A stretch of 61,984 bases of DNA, filler included, from Choristocarpus tenellus KU-1152 (lineage: Eukaryota; Protista; Phaeophyceae): the NCBI GenBank assembly GCA_964200185.2. It is 11 parts of 11 records of this genome, joined end to end, with 100 filler letters (N's around TTAATTAATTAA, not from the genome) between each part and the next. Parts side by side here need not be neighbours in the genome. Positions count along the whole stretch, not along the records: positions 17,968 to 26,985 come from CAXNAD020004076.1; positions 27,086 to 38,749 come from CAXNAD020002196.1; 9 more parts are not named here. One strand, 5' to 3'. The position numbers were made by a program, and so were the translations under genes. Below the pieces are notes generated by a model that was given only the letters and a program-made list of their open reading frames with translations, ran no database searches and was not told where the DNA came from. Positions 25,923 to 37,717 of the stretch are shown piece by piece. How positions within the stretch are numbered: the first letter of the stretch is position 1; each line of letters begins with the position of its first letter.

Positions 25923-26181
25923 GAGTAAAAGAATCTTAAAGGGTAGAGCCGCGTCCGTTTGGGTCCAAAATCCAATGTTGTCATGTTGATGTTATTTTGA
26001 CTATCGTGTTTGTTAGGAAGTGTCAATATCCTTGTTCTTGATACACCTTTTCATAACGTACACATTTTACCTACTTCTAAACATTTTGGAGTATGAAAAT
26101 GCCATAAAAAAAGACCATGGGAAGCCAAGCTCCAAATGGACAAGCAGGGCAAAACTCGTACCCTCTAAGATACTTTCACTC
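25923..26181 (+). mobile_element. MITE family A copy
   Basis: Highly similar to 25083-25331; ends TACCCTCTAAGATACTTTCACTC. Confidence 0.92.
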
Positions 26182-26985
26182 TTCAAAGCAAATTATGCAG
26201 AGCTGAGGGCGGACAATCTCATGACCGACGATTTGATCGTCGCTAAGTGAGCATGGTAGTAGAGTCTGCCCCCGACTTCAGGAGGAACAGAACCTAGGAG
26301 AATGACGACGAAGACGCGACAGGGTCTATGGACAAGCACAACCGGAGGCAAAAGGTGAGCGAGAGTCTCCTTCAGTTGAAAGTATAGTGTACATTGAATG
26401 GGTCATGACGTAATTCGTCCAATAACGGGCGGATACTCCCACCCACATCACCGAACATTTGCGACCACACCACAACAAAGCCTGCATCACTACGACTTAT
26501 CACTAGCTCTAACCCTCAAAACGCAACCACTTGACCCCTTCAATGCAGGTGCTATTCCTACGGACGGAGGGATTCCCTACACTCCTAAAGGTAATCTTTG
26601 CAAACTTTGACAAGAGCTTTTTCCTTCATCACAACACCACCATTTGTCAGGCGCAACAATAAAAACACAGCAAATCCCGCCTCCCCAAAGGTCATGCCGC
26701 TATGTCCATGGACTTCAGCGCCCACCTTCAACACAACCACCAAGACTTGAGACAACAAGAGTTCTTCAATCTATTCCTCACGGCGCTTCTGACCATTATT
26801 TGGTGGTTGAGGGATCTCAGGGAAGAGGGAAATCTTGGAAAGGGAAGGGCGTGGGTTCACAGCATTACGGTGTGTAGTGAGGACTGAAGTCAAGACAACA
26901 AGTTCGTCCAGAACACCGTGGAGATGTTTGTGAAAGACCACCTAATATCTCCAGCCCAGGAATACAGACAGACCCTGGAGGTCCC
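26182..26985 (+). pseudogene. Decayed Sola2-like DDD transposase fragment with a probable intron (26355-26548)
   Basis: ELFLHHNTTICQAQQ*KHSKSRLPKGHAAMSMDFSAHLQHNHQDLRQQEFF...WVHSITVCSED*SQDNKFVQ parallels my recollection of the Sola2 pattern H....Q...K..L..G....DF.ENY....Q.E.QS...SD...HD..FV. GTGAG donor and TGCAG acceptor present. Confidence 0.5.
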
Positions 26986-27085
26986 NNNNNNNNNNNNNNN
27001 NNNNNNNNNNNNNNNNNNNNNNNNNNNNNTTAATTAATTAANNNNNNNNNNNNNNNNNNNNNNNNNNNNNNNNNNNNNNNNNNNN

Positions 27086-27530
27086 CAGATACCTTGAGGC
27101 AGACTCAAACACCCCAATGAAGAACAGCGTGGTGAGATGATGCGTGGAGGCAAGAGGGCACAAGACTCGGATACCTTGGGAGATATCGGCGACCATCGTG
27201 ATGGACTTCAAAAATTCCCGAATCACCGAGTTTTATCATCTGAAGGAGTATGACAGCCAGATCGCACGATGTAAATGGACCTTGTACCATACAGCAAGGG
27301 GCAATGTGGCCACCGTACAAGTATCGCCGACTTTTGGGATGTCCCATTGGTACACCACACACCCTTCCGCAAATGGGTGGCCAAAGCGGGTGTCTCCCTT
27401 GCCTCGTTGTGGGATCTGTGCAAGCACTAGAAGATGAAGAAGGGGTGGATCAAGTCAGTCCTCCCAGAACGGCAGAAAGTCAACAGGGCGGGTTTCGTCA
27501 CCAGCCACACACAAAGGAGGGGAGGAAGTG
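27086..27530 (+). mobile_element. Mariner transposase N-terminal remnant (paralog of 32930-33380)
   Basis: Colinear nucleotide similarity, e.g. CAGACTCAAACACCCCAATGAAGAACAG and GGGATGTCCCATTGGTA. Confidence 0.85.
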
Positions 27531-27649
27531 GGATAAATTTGCGTGTGTAAGAGTGGTAGTCTCATCTATAGTTGTTGTCTTAGGTCATTTTCGTACTCAT
27601 AGGTTAATGATGGGCGGAGATGGGTAATGGTGTATGAAAAGAAAAGTGA

Positions 27650-27870
27650 ATAATATTATGCCATCTAGCATTTTGCAGATATATGTGTCAACGGTGGGCA
27701 AGGAGGTAGGGAAGCATCCCAAGAATCTGTCAGGCCCCTTCTTTCCCAACTGGCTAGTATCTCACGTGAAACGCATGACGCGTCTCAAGAGTCATTTGTT
27801 CAGTGACAAGACAGTATCTGTCTCAAACGAGACTTGACAGCCTCTTTCCTGCAATGCCCCCTAGTTTATT
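27650..27870 (+). repeat. Interspersed repeat family E. Other copies at ~37330-37860 (split by MITE A), ~38145-38535, and ~52150-52197 (minus).
   Basis: Shared CATTTTGCAGAT, GAAGCATCC.AAGAATCTG.CAG and TTGACAGC..TTT.CTGC blocks. Confidence 0.7.
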
Positions 27871-27995
27871 TCTCCCCTACTTCATGGCTGGGGTGGACAA
27901 CTTCATCCAGGAAATTGCCGACTTCTTTACCAAGGCCAATGTGAAGGGTTTTGATAGTATATAGTGTTGGCAGTCGCCTCTACGATCAGACCGAT

Positions 27996-28300
27996 CTTGA
28001 TTTTTTTGAAAAGGTTGGCCAACGAGTTAATCGACGATCAGCATATCGAATGAAAGCTCTTGATCTAAGCTATGGATTTCCGCAAAGAAATTATTTCGCA
28101 AAATTATTTCGGAATTGTTATATTTAAATTTTAACCGCATTTTTCGGCACAACCTTGAAAATGTTTCGGAATAAATGATCACGACCAAAAATTTTACCAA
28201 AGAATTTCTTTGCGGAAATCGACAGCGTAGATCAAGAGCTTTCATTCGATATGCTGATCCTTGATTAACTAGTTGGACAACCTTTTCAAAAATATCAAGG
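27996..28300. mobile_element. ~100-bp-arm inverted repeat (non-autonomous DNA transposon-like)
   Basis: GATCAGCATATCGAATGAAAGCTCTTGATCTA (~28036-28067) is perfectly inverted at ~28228-28259; the arms extend with few mismatches. Confidence 0.8.
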
Positions 28301-29511
28301 TTGTTAACCGCCAAAATGGTACGTGGTCGGGCCTCGGCTTAATACTGTTTAAGCCACTCACAGGACACTGTGACGCCCAATGAGCTCCGAGTTGTCGCCT
28401 GCCCCTCACAGGACACTGTGAATTGAACCCAATTATTATCACAGAAAGGATTACTATATCGGATACACCAATCAGAGAGGTATTGTAGGTAAAAGGATCA
28501 ACCAACAGAATGAACAAAAAGCAACACTTCTATACAAAATGATCCTACTACGAAGGTGGAGAAGATCTATGAAGACAGTGAAGAATGAAATGAAAAAAGA
28601 GCGAACATCTATCAACCTCTGTCCTATCCCATCCATCAACTTGGACCCTCAATAGAACAAACCTTTACAGAGATGGACACTGCCAACTAAATGAAAAGAG
28701 GTTTTCTCGAACATATTATTATACCTCCCCTTCTCCCGAAACCAGCCAATTCCCCCTTCAATATACTCAACTCATCGTTTCCAATACTCTCCAAAGAATA
28801 TCCAGATCAATCGGTGCAATATGATTTCACCCCCGTGAAAATACTACTGCTTAAAATCTTGCTTCCAAGAAGAATTCCAACAAAATTTAATGTGGAATTC
28901 CTCATTTTCCATCATATTCCAACATTGCATACCTAAAAATCTCTCCGTAAAAACGACCAAAATATGATTCGTTCTTCTATAATACAATTCTACCCGTTTC
29001 CAAAGAACGAGTACAGAATTTAAGCGCAATAATTGTATTCAATAATTGTATTCTGTCTATTAAAACACTTCTGGTATTATATGTTTATATAAAATTGAAA
29101 ACGTCCAATATGGAACTTATGACGTGGTTATTATGTAGAGTTCTTACCGTAGATTACCTTCATATAAAGTTTTTATCTTACTTTGATAGTGTGTCAAAAT
29201 CAAACAAATTTGTATGTGATTTTTAATGGATGGACGGAGTAACATGTTGTTCTTCGTATTCCACAAAAGTAGTAGGTGTAATAATTATAAAGGTAGATGG
29301 AGGAGACTAGAGTTTCCTATTGAGGTGAAAGGATAAGTAGACACGAGTTCGACAGGGGTAGCGATAGCGCAAGGTTGACAATAGGGAAGTGGAGGGGATA
29401 AGCAGGAAAGAAAGGGGAGCCGGTCGAAGCCAGACTAGCAGGTAGCCCAGGGTATTTTGAACCGCTAGGTAGCGGGGTTTTGACCTGAATAAAACAGTCC
29501 TCAATGGCAAT

Positions 29512-30416
29512 ATGTCGCGAAATATCGACCAGACTGGAGCCAACGACGTTCCTGAACCCGAGAAGGAGTGCTCCGACCACTGTATAAAGTGAGTGTAATA
29601 CAGAAGCCAAGTGTTCTGCAAGATATATTCCACGATCCCGATGTCCCTCTCTCTTTACCATCCATGGTTCCTTGTCTACCTGGACAACGCGTAGTGTATT
29701 TTGTACAATAACTTCATCATTTAGTACTCACATCCCCTTGTCTCAAGGTTTCTGGGATATAGTGCTGCTGCCTTAGTTATCATTGCTGTGCTAGCGTGCT
29801 GCTATTGTCACGTCTTCTATCGGCTGATGACCTTCTTCGAGAAGGTGTGGGAGAAAAGACCAATGCGAAGAAGGAAGACACTTGGGGAACAGGTCTCCCA
29901 GTCACCTGACTCCGTCGCGAAGCAGGTTTGTGGGGACCTTGAAGTTGGAAATGCTTTCGGAGTCCCTAGCCATTCCTCCACCATAGGTTCATTGAAGAGT
30001 TCAACAATGAAGAGCACTGAGGAGGAATTGGTTTGTTCAATCAGTATGCATATGATGGGAAATGTCTCTATATTAGAGTGTAGCACAACGCAAATAGTAC
30101 GGGTAGTCTGTCCAAAATTTTCGCAGCATTCTCCAGGAGTGATTAAATATTTAATAGGGCGTTCCTATCCTTTGTATCCCCACAGTAGCTTCAAGAGCCA
30201 CTACTCCATAGGCTTCCCTAATACCCAGTCCTGTCGAATTCCTCACAGGGTATGTATGGACGAAGGGACAGTTACCTTGACGGGTCCCTGGAACGTCAGG
30301 AGAAGGGACAAGTGAGAGCGACGAAGGCAAGGAACAGTAGAGATGCTATGGCTGTTGCTGGCCGGGAAGATTTAATGGTGGTTTCGGTTCAACCAAACTG
30401 TCTACCAGCGATCTGA
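29512..30416 (+). CDS. Small single-pass membrane protein, ~175 aa. Exons 29512-29588, 29748-30030, 30249-30416.
   Basis: Phases are consistent (2, then 0) and give one open frame: MSRNIDQTGAND...CIK-FLGYSAAALVIIAVLACCYCHVFY-RLM...RPMRRRK...LPAI*. Hydrophobic helix followed by Cys and basic clusters. An upstream exon is possible. Confidence 0.65.
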
Positions 30417-32639
30417 CAGTCCGTTCACCTATTCCCTCAAAAACTTGTCCACTCAACTGAAGTCTTCAACCATGGAGTGGCAACTTTGCCTACCACTCCG
30501 ACGATTCACTAATAGGGGAAAAGGACTGCTCCATCTTCTGTTGAAGTGCAGCCCCCTTCGCAAGAACATTGTCCTCTTCTGTACATAGGATTATTTTTGG
30601 TATTTACGTACGTGCCCATCCGTCCACGTATTGAATATGATTTGACACCCTTTTTACTGCATAAAACACAAATTGAATTCTTCCGTGGCTCTGCTGCGTT
30701 GAGATACTTATTTTCAACCCTTTCGCCTTTCGCTGGTTTTTGACAGATTTGTTGCGCGTTTCATATGTGTGATTACAGGGGAACTCTAGGCTTTTTTTGT
30801 TGTTGATTACAGGGGCTCATGCTGCAGTCTCCCAGAGACAATTCTTACCCGATCAGTAGTTTTGTACTTGTGTCAGATGATGTTGTACGAACCTAGAGGG
30901 CTGAAGTTCTTCGGATTCTGGGAGAGCTGCACATCAGTCAACAGCGTATGATCAAGTGATTGACGACTGAGATTCGTGTCTGTGGGGGACTGTTGCAATT
31001 GACCGATCTCTTTGTTCCGGGATATTGTGACAACGCATCCTGTTGTAGTTGGTGTTGACGACTAATCCCAGCAATCTAGTAACGATTAACTTCCATGCAG
31101 TAAGGTAGTGTACATTTGATATTTCAACTCGGCCTTGAGGCTCACCCCCCGCCACAATTGGCACAGTCAAGCGATTTATATGTTAATTTTGTAGTTTTGT
31201 CAAAGTGTTGTACATGAAAATGCCTGGGCTCTACTGAGACATACACTCACACTTATCTACTCTTCATGGAGCGAAATGAGGGGTTGTGCAGTCTATTGAC
31301 ACATACTTGTTGGCACAAGATTGGAGTAATATACCTACAGATATCTTATACATAGCAATTTTTTTTGTTACAAAACTTGTATATTTACACTTTTGGAGAC
31401 AATAAAGTAAACTTCAGGGTACAACACAAATAATCTTATTTCTTCCAAGTATACATCAAATGCAATTTACTGCTTATTTGAAATATTGCTAGTAGTAATA
31501 GTCATAGGTGGTATAGTAGTTCGTCTGAAACACTGAAACGGTAAAGGAGAGTCTGCAAAAGTCCTACTGGGGGAAATGAAGTACAAATACCACTATTGCT
31601 ACATGCACTTTCAAATCGCACTTACACCCCTAGATTAACACAGCGTCATTTTGGTAAAAACGACCAGCAGACCATATTTCAATGGATGGTTCTTCAACGC
31701 TTACCAAGGTTCAAGCAGCTTTCCCTTTTCGTCTTACACCCACCGGTGCATTTCACATGACCTGTTGGGTTGGGTTGGGCAATATATTTGTTGATATAAA
31801 ATCTTACCATTGCACAAGACGCGTTTGTTGCACCTTTGCGTACCTGAACTTGAGTTTGTGCATGTCACTTAAAAGTAGTTGCATCGTGTCTTGTCAAAGG
31901 GCAGCCATTGCAGTGCTCGAAGGATGGGCACAGAAGAAGCTGGAAGGTTATTGTAAGTAATGCCAAACATCTTGAAGTACTGGGTGGAGAAATTTACCTG
32001 GTGCTAAATTTCATTATTCAACTAACTACGAGCAGCCATCCTCCTTTTCCTACATGAGCCTTGTCAATTGTCGAGGTTGACCAGAAAACTCACACGAATG
32101 TCAAAGAAGATGAACGGTAAGTCCCAGTCCCAGGTTTATATCCACTCCTCCTGCAAGGGATACACAGAACATTTACAATCTCCTCTCTCTCATGTGGACA
32201 AGTAGATGTCCAGTAGAATAGTGTGGTCTCCTGGTTCCAATGTATGGTCGAGTATGGTTAATTCCTTATTAGACGAGGAGACCAGAAGACAGCTGATGCT
32301 TCCCAAGGTCTCCGGTTAGATTGCACATCTCTTTGGATCCTTGAACAACCTCCTACAAGCAGGCAGAGTACCCATGACTCAACTCATGAGTATCTCCCCT
32401 CGGAAAGGCATGTTCATATAGAGGGAGATCAGTCATAAAAATAAATCAGCAGTATGGATAAATGAAACGATTTCGTGCGCAATGAACATTGATAGATCCA
32501 ACCAATCTGTAGGAGTTGCAGTAGTAGTATATAGACTTGTAATATGTTGCATATCAGACATGTGCACGAAGTAAACATTACTTACCACCACGTCGTATGC
32601 ACTTCTTCCTTTCGGACTACATGTAACATATAGTAAGCT

Positions 32640-34351
32640 CCGTTCTTGCCCGGAAACGACTTATAGGATATACCGTCTGGGTGAGGTCTAGTTCTCATAT
32701 AGATTGGGAGGCGTCCAAAGTTTGAGATGGAGAGGTGTCATTACTGTGGAGGATTACCAGAGCAAAGCCAAACAAGTCACATTTGATGGGGTTCCAAAAC
32801 CTCATGAAACTGTCCAAGTGAGCGTTTATTGGGATACCTAGGATGAAGGCTCCCTGTCGTTCGAGCGGCTTGCTCATCCCGTCGTCGTCCGTCGGTCCCA
32901 ATTATTTGGTCCAGAAGTCTGTCCGGGTTCCAGACTCAAACACCCCAATGAAGAACAGTGTGATGGGTCGATGCCTGGAGACGAGAGAGCACGAGACCCG
33001 GATGCTTCGGGGGACGGCAGCGGGCATCGTGAAGGACTTCAAAATTTCCCGAATCACCGAATTCCTTCATTAGAAGGAGTATGGCACCCAGATCACACAG
33101 GATGAATGCATGGATCTTGCACCACATCGCAAGGGGCAATGCAACCACCGTACAAGAATCGTCAATTTTTGGGATGTCCCATTGGTATACCACACATCCT
33201 TCCGCAAATGGGTGACCAAAGCTGGGGTCTCCCTGTTGAAACACTCCCTTGCCTTGTTGTGGAATCTGTGCAAGTACGAGAAGGTGAAGGTCAAGAGATG
33301 GACCAAGCCAGTCCTTTCAGACCAGCAGAAAGTCAACAGGGTGAGTTTCATCTTCGGTCACAAACAAAGGAGGGGGGAAGTGGAGTATTAGTGGACGATC
33401 TGTATGACTGGGTCCATGTGGACGAGAAGTGGTTCTACATCCTCATAGATAGGCAAGGTGTACCTGCGCCCCATTGAAAACCTCCACGGGCACACAATAA
33501 GCGTTATATTACGAAGATTATGTTCCTTGCAGGTGTGGTCTGCCCTAGGAAGCTGTCCAACAGAGTGTGGTTCGATAGGAAAATCGGACCTGGCTAATTG
33601 TGGACACACTAAGGTCACTCAGTGCTCCAGGAAACACTGCCCTAAGGGCACCAAGGTGCTTGTGCTAGTCACCGATGGACAGGGAGAGGTATAAAAAGCC
33701 CATTAACAAGGATTTCACCCCAACCAAGGCCCGCATACCTACACCAGAAGGACACACCATCTTCGCGCAGCAGGACGTGGCAAGGCCACACACCAAGGGA
33801 AGATCATGGAGGCAGTGAAGGAGGCTGTGGAGGACAACATTGTCGTAGAGACCCAGCCAGTCAACTCACCTGACTTCAACGTCAACAACCTGAGATTCTT
33901 TCATTCCATCAAGCAACAGAAGGAAGGCGTGGGGGTGACCAACACACAGGAGTTGGTAGAGGCCACGATGGAGGTGTTCGATGTGTACCCCTCTGGGAAA
34001 CACAAGAGTGCATTTGGCAGAGCCTCTCTGCAGTCTACGGTAAGGTACTGGGGCCCAAGGGTAAGAGAGTCTTCAAAGCTCCACATCTTAGCAAGGAAAA
34101 GGGCGAGAGGGTGGGCAAGCTCCCCCTGACTGCCCTGGTAGATACAGTGAAACACTGTGCTGGAATGGAGTTTTGGAGGGCTTCGGAGGCGGAATCATAG
34201 ATAGGTGGAGGCTGCCCCATTTTGCTTGAGATTTCGGTGGGCAACCTTTTAGTGTCTGCACTAATACACCCTTAAAATATAGACATGCAAAAAATATCTT
34301 GCTTCTTAATCGCGGCTGCGATAGCTATGTTGCATTTATTTCCGAAGGGAG
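32640..34351 (+). mobile_element. Decayed plant/oomycete-type mariner (Stowaway-partner, DD39D-like) element
   Basis: Frameshifted motifs LYDWVHVDEKWFY, KRYITKIMFLA, WFDRKIG, QQDVARPH and QPVNSPDFNVNNLRFF. The right end reads CTCCCTTCGGAAATAAATGCA on the minus strand. Left boundary approximate. Confidence 0.88.
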
Positions 34352-34575
34352 GAAACAGCACTTATTATGAGTAGTACTAGTACTAATACTATGGGCTGTT
34401 TTAGTTTCTCTGGAGTTAAATAGAGTAGTAGCTAACGGTGGTCAGCAGCTTGTTCGTACTTACTATGTGCTTGACCAGTGTAGACAATACAGAGGGATTG
34501 TAACATTCATAGGCAAGTGCCGAACAAGACGACCCTCCAATGTCACAATCCTTGTGTGTGTTAGTGTTACAGAGT

Positions 34576-34836
34576 GAGTGAAAGTATCTTAGAGGGTACG
34601 AGTTTTTCCCTGTTTGTTCACTTGGGGCTTGGCTTCCCACAGGCTTTTAATGACGTTTTACCTACTCCAAAATGTTTCGGAGTATGTAAAATGTTTACGG
34701 TATGAAAAGGTGTGTCCGGCACAATGATATTGACATCTTCTAACAAACATGATTAGCCAAAACTACATCAAAATTGCAACATTGGATTTTCGCCTCCAAA
34801 TGGACGCGGTTCTACCCTCTTAACATACGCCGACTC
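34576..34836 (-). mobile_element. MITE family A copy (AGT duplicated)
   Basis: AGT|GAGTGAAAGTATCTTAGAGGGTA ... CGACTC|AGTG. Confidence 0.92.
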
Positions 34837-35605
34837 AGTGTGCAGGGAGCAGCAACCTTTCTCCTTGGGTGAGGTACCTTGTGAATGCCAAAGTAAAACC
34901 TGCACTGCAACACTTACTACTACTCCGAGAATATAACAAGCTGAAGGTGTGTTGGTCGCGTTCAGTAGAAGGACAATCACCTTCAGGAATCCTGCCAGTC
35001 TCAGAGGAACAAAAACATCCCTTCAGTATATTACGTAGCAAACAGAGTTTGTAATTTCAGCATGTACGATGCAGAATCAACACACAAACACTTCAGGTTA
35101 GTATTCGAATTATTCTAAACCATAGTGCATGCTGCACACATCAAAACACAGAGGCTTCAGTCAGTGTGTTCTGATTGCTGTGTTGTCGGGCCTTTTTTAC
35201 AATTCGGAAGGGACCTCCTTTGAGATGTCTTGAAACAGGTCCTCCAATATTATCACTTACCTCGAGCGGGTCGCCGCCCATGCCTTTGGGCAGTGGCCGG
35301 ATGCATGTGCTCCATTTTGGGGTGACGTTAATAGAAGAATAAAGAGAGTGCATATTGCTGAACTTCCTGTAGGGTAGTTACTTTCTCAGTCTCAAAATGT
35401 TTGTATAGGGTTAGGGTGTGGGTTTGGTAGTGGGTGGGTAGACTAGATGATCAGCTGACTGTAGACTGAGTGTTCTGATTGCTGATTGGATGGGCTGGAG
35501 CATGCTCCCCCCAGTCTGCTTGCTTGCCACCGTCAGGTTGTTAGGCCTGGGTGCTAATTTCCCTCTATAATATCTCCTGCTCCTCACACAGTCACCAACG
35601 TTTGT

Positions 35606-35863
35606 GAGTCAAAGTAAACGAGAGGTGCCCAGAGCTGCATTTTAAGGATGCTGACAAATATTTGCAAAAATCGATTTTTTACGAACATCTATAGGATATT
35701 TTCTGAACTGTGTCGAAAAACTTTTAAACAGCAGAAGAATAAACGCTCTCAAGTCCAACCCAGTACTTCATCCATAGAAATATGGGTTCATTGAAAAAGA
35801 TCGAAGAACAGATTTAAAATGCAAAACGGCCAAAGCCTGGGTACCTCTTGTTCACTTTGGCTC
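35606..35863 (+). mobile_element. MITE family C copy (TGT duplicated)
   Basis: TGT|GAGTCAAAGTAAACGAGAGG ... CTTTGGCTC|TGTG. Confidence 0.9.
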
Positions 35864-37019
35864 TGTGCGCATGCTCTCCTCTGTGCTGCTGCTCACAAGT
35901 CACATCATCAACCACTACTGGAGAATTCAGACCGCAAAAAAGTTCATACTACACAGGTGTTACATGATCAAGTGTTACTACCTATAATCTTTAAAAATCC
36001 AGTTAGATTCGTATCTCTTGACTTTAACCACGAGATTTCAAACACCAACAATTCGTTGATTCATTAAGTGCTTTAAACAGGCATCTTTCTAGACTCGGTG
36101 CAAAAGGTCATCTTTTATCATATACAGGTGGTATTGGCATACGAGCAGAGCAATTCCTGAATGAGCTAGGGACTCACGTAGTGGATGGTAGGGGAGCTTA
36201 GGGTTTCAGCAGGTGGGAGTGGAGAAGACACGCCTAGAACATATTGTGTCCGTCACAGTATAAGTGGCAATTTCAAGGCTTGTCATGTACTTCAAGCTGG
36301 AGATACTGGGTCAGTGGGCGTGGCAGGACTTAACTGACTCGTGGCCCTTTTGTTTCTAGACCGCATTCATAGTACCAAGCTTGGAGTAGTTTCAGCTCCG
36401 TGTGTCATAAAATAGATGTTGATTGTTTTCAGATTAAATAAAATTATCACAAAGTGAAGCAGAGCCTATTAAATTACGACAGAGACCACTTTTGCAGGGA
36501 GGAATAGGTTGCTGTTTGAATTTTTTGCGCGCCCTTTCTAGACACGCGATAGTAGGAACCCCAAAACGAAGGGATAAGATCCGTGATTTTGTTTCGCCTT
36601 CCTCCTTATGAGCTTCAGAGCCTCACAAATATGTTTGTGGTTGTGCATGTGTGTATGTGTGGGTCTGGATAAGACAGATCCTCTTTGTTTCATCAATCAA
36701 TATTTTTTCGGTAAGAACGCCAAAGGTATATTTTACCATATATTTTTGACTAGCTGGCTCTAGTCACCTCATTTTCCTCCCATCATTTTCATGCAATACC
36801 AGCCTGCAAATCTCTCCTAGACCTACGTTGCTCTCCTCGTTCTGCTAACCTGGCTATACTAGTCTCCAGCACAACAAGAATAATGTGATTATATCTCTAC
36901 ATTACTTGTGTCCGATGGGGTACGGCTTTGGTTCCACGCCTACTTTTCTATGGTGGAATCTCTGGGTATGTCTGAATTTAGATCGCTTGCTACTCTGGCA
37001 ACCAAGTATGTATTCCTGG

Positions 37020-37280
37020 GAGTCAAACCAATTTAGAGATTGGCAGGTTTGGAGCCTTTTGCATTCCCTGCCATTTCTCTCACCCTGTGCAATACACTCT
37101 ATTTGGTTTGGTTCATGCGCACAATAGTGCACGCAAAATTATTTTCCCCCTTTTCTACACACAAAGTGACGCTACAAGTCGGCAAATGCTCTTTCTGCAA
37201 TTGTACAAAACGACATATTTTTGCTCTTTCTCAGGATCCTAAAGAGGCCACCCTGCCTACCTCTCAGGTGGTTAGGTCAG
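37020..37280 (-). mobile_element. MITE family B copy
   Basis: GAGTCAAACCAATT end; internal reverse-complement match (TGCAATTGTACAAAA..ACAT). Confidence 0.82.
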
Positions 37281-37457
37281 ACTATTTTTAATATAAACCT
37301 GAAGGATCTATTATACATTATTAATTATTATGCCCTCCTACATTTTGCAGATGTGTCAGGCAAAAAGTCACTTCAATATCACAAGGATCCCTGACAAAGT
37401 AACAATTGTCACAAATGTGAAGATATCTCTCTAAAATCTATTTAATATTTGAATTCC

Positions 37458-37717
37458 GAGCCAAAGTATCTTAGAGGGTAGAGCTGCGTCCGTTTGATGG
37501 TCAAAATCCAATGTTGCGATTTTGATTATAACTTTGGCTATCGTGTTTGTTTGGAAGTGTCAATGGCCATGCTCTGGTCACACCTTTTCATAATGCATAC
37601 ATTTCGCCTACTCCAAAAACATTTGGAGTAGGAAAATGTCATAATAATACTCATGGGAAGCCAAGTCCCAAATGAACAAACAGGGTAAAACGTGTACCCT
37701 CTAAGATACTTTCACTC
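37458..37717 (+). mobile_element. MITE family A copy with 4-bp TSD TTCC, nested in family E
   Basis: TTCC|GAGCCAAAGTATCTTAGAGGGTA ... TACCCTCTAAGATACTTTCACTC|TTCC. The uninterrupted E sibling lies at ~38260-38280. Confidence 0.93.

Noticed and set aside
28357-28421. RAG/Transib recombination-signal heptamer CACAGTG on the minus strand
   Set aside because: No nonamer at 12- or 23-bp spacing, direct rather than inverted orientation, and no Transib transposase.
31900-32010. hAT dimerisation-like motif (LPASSVP) on the minus strand
   Set aside because: Lacks the upstream WW and downstream ER.FS residues; too short to support.
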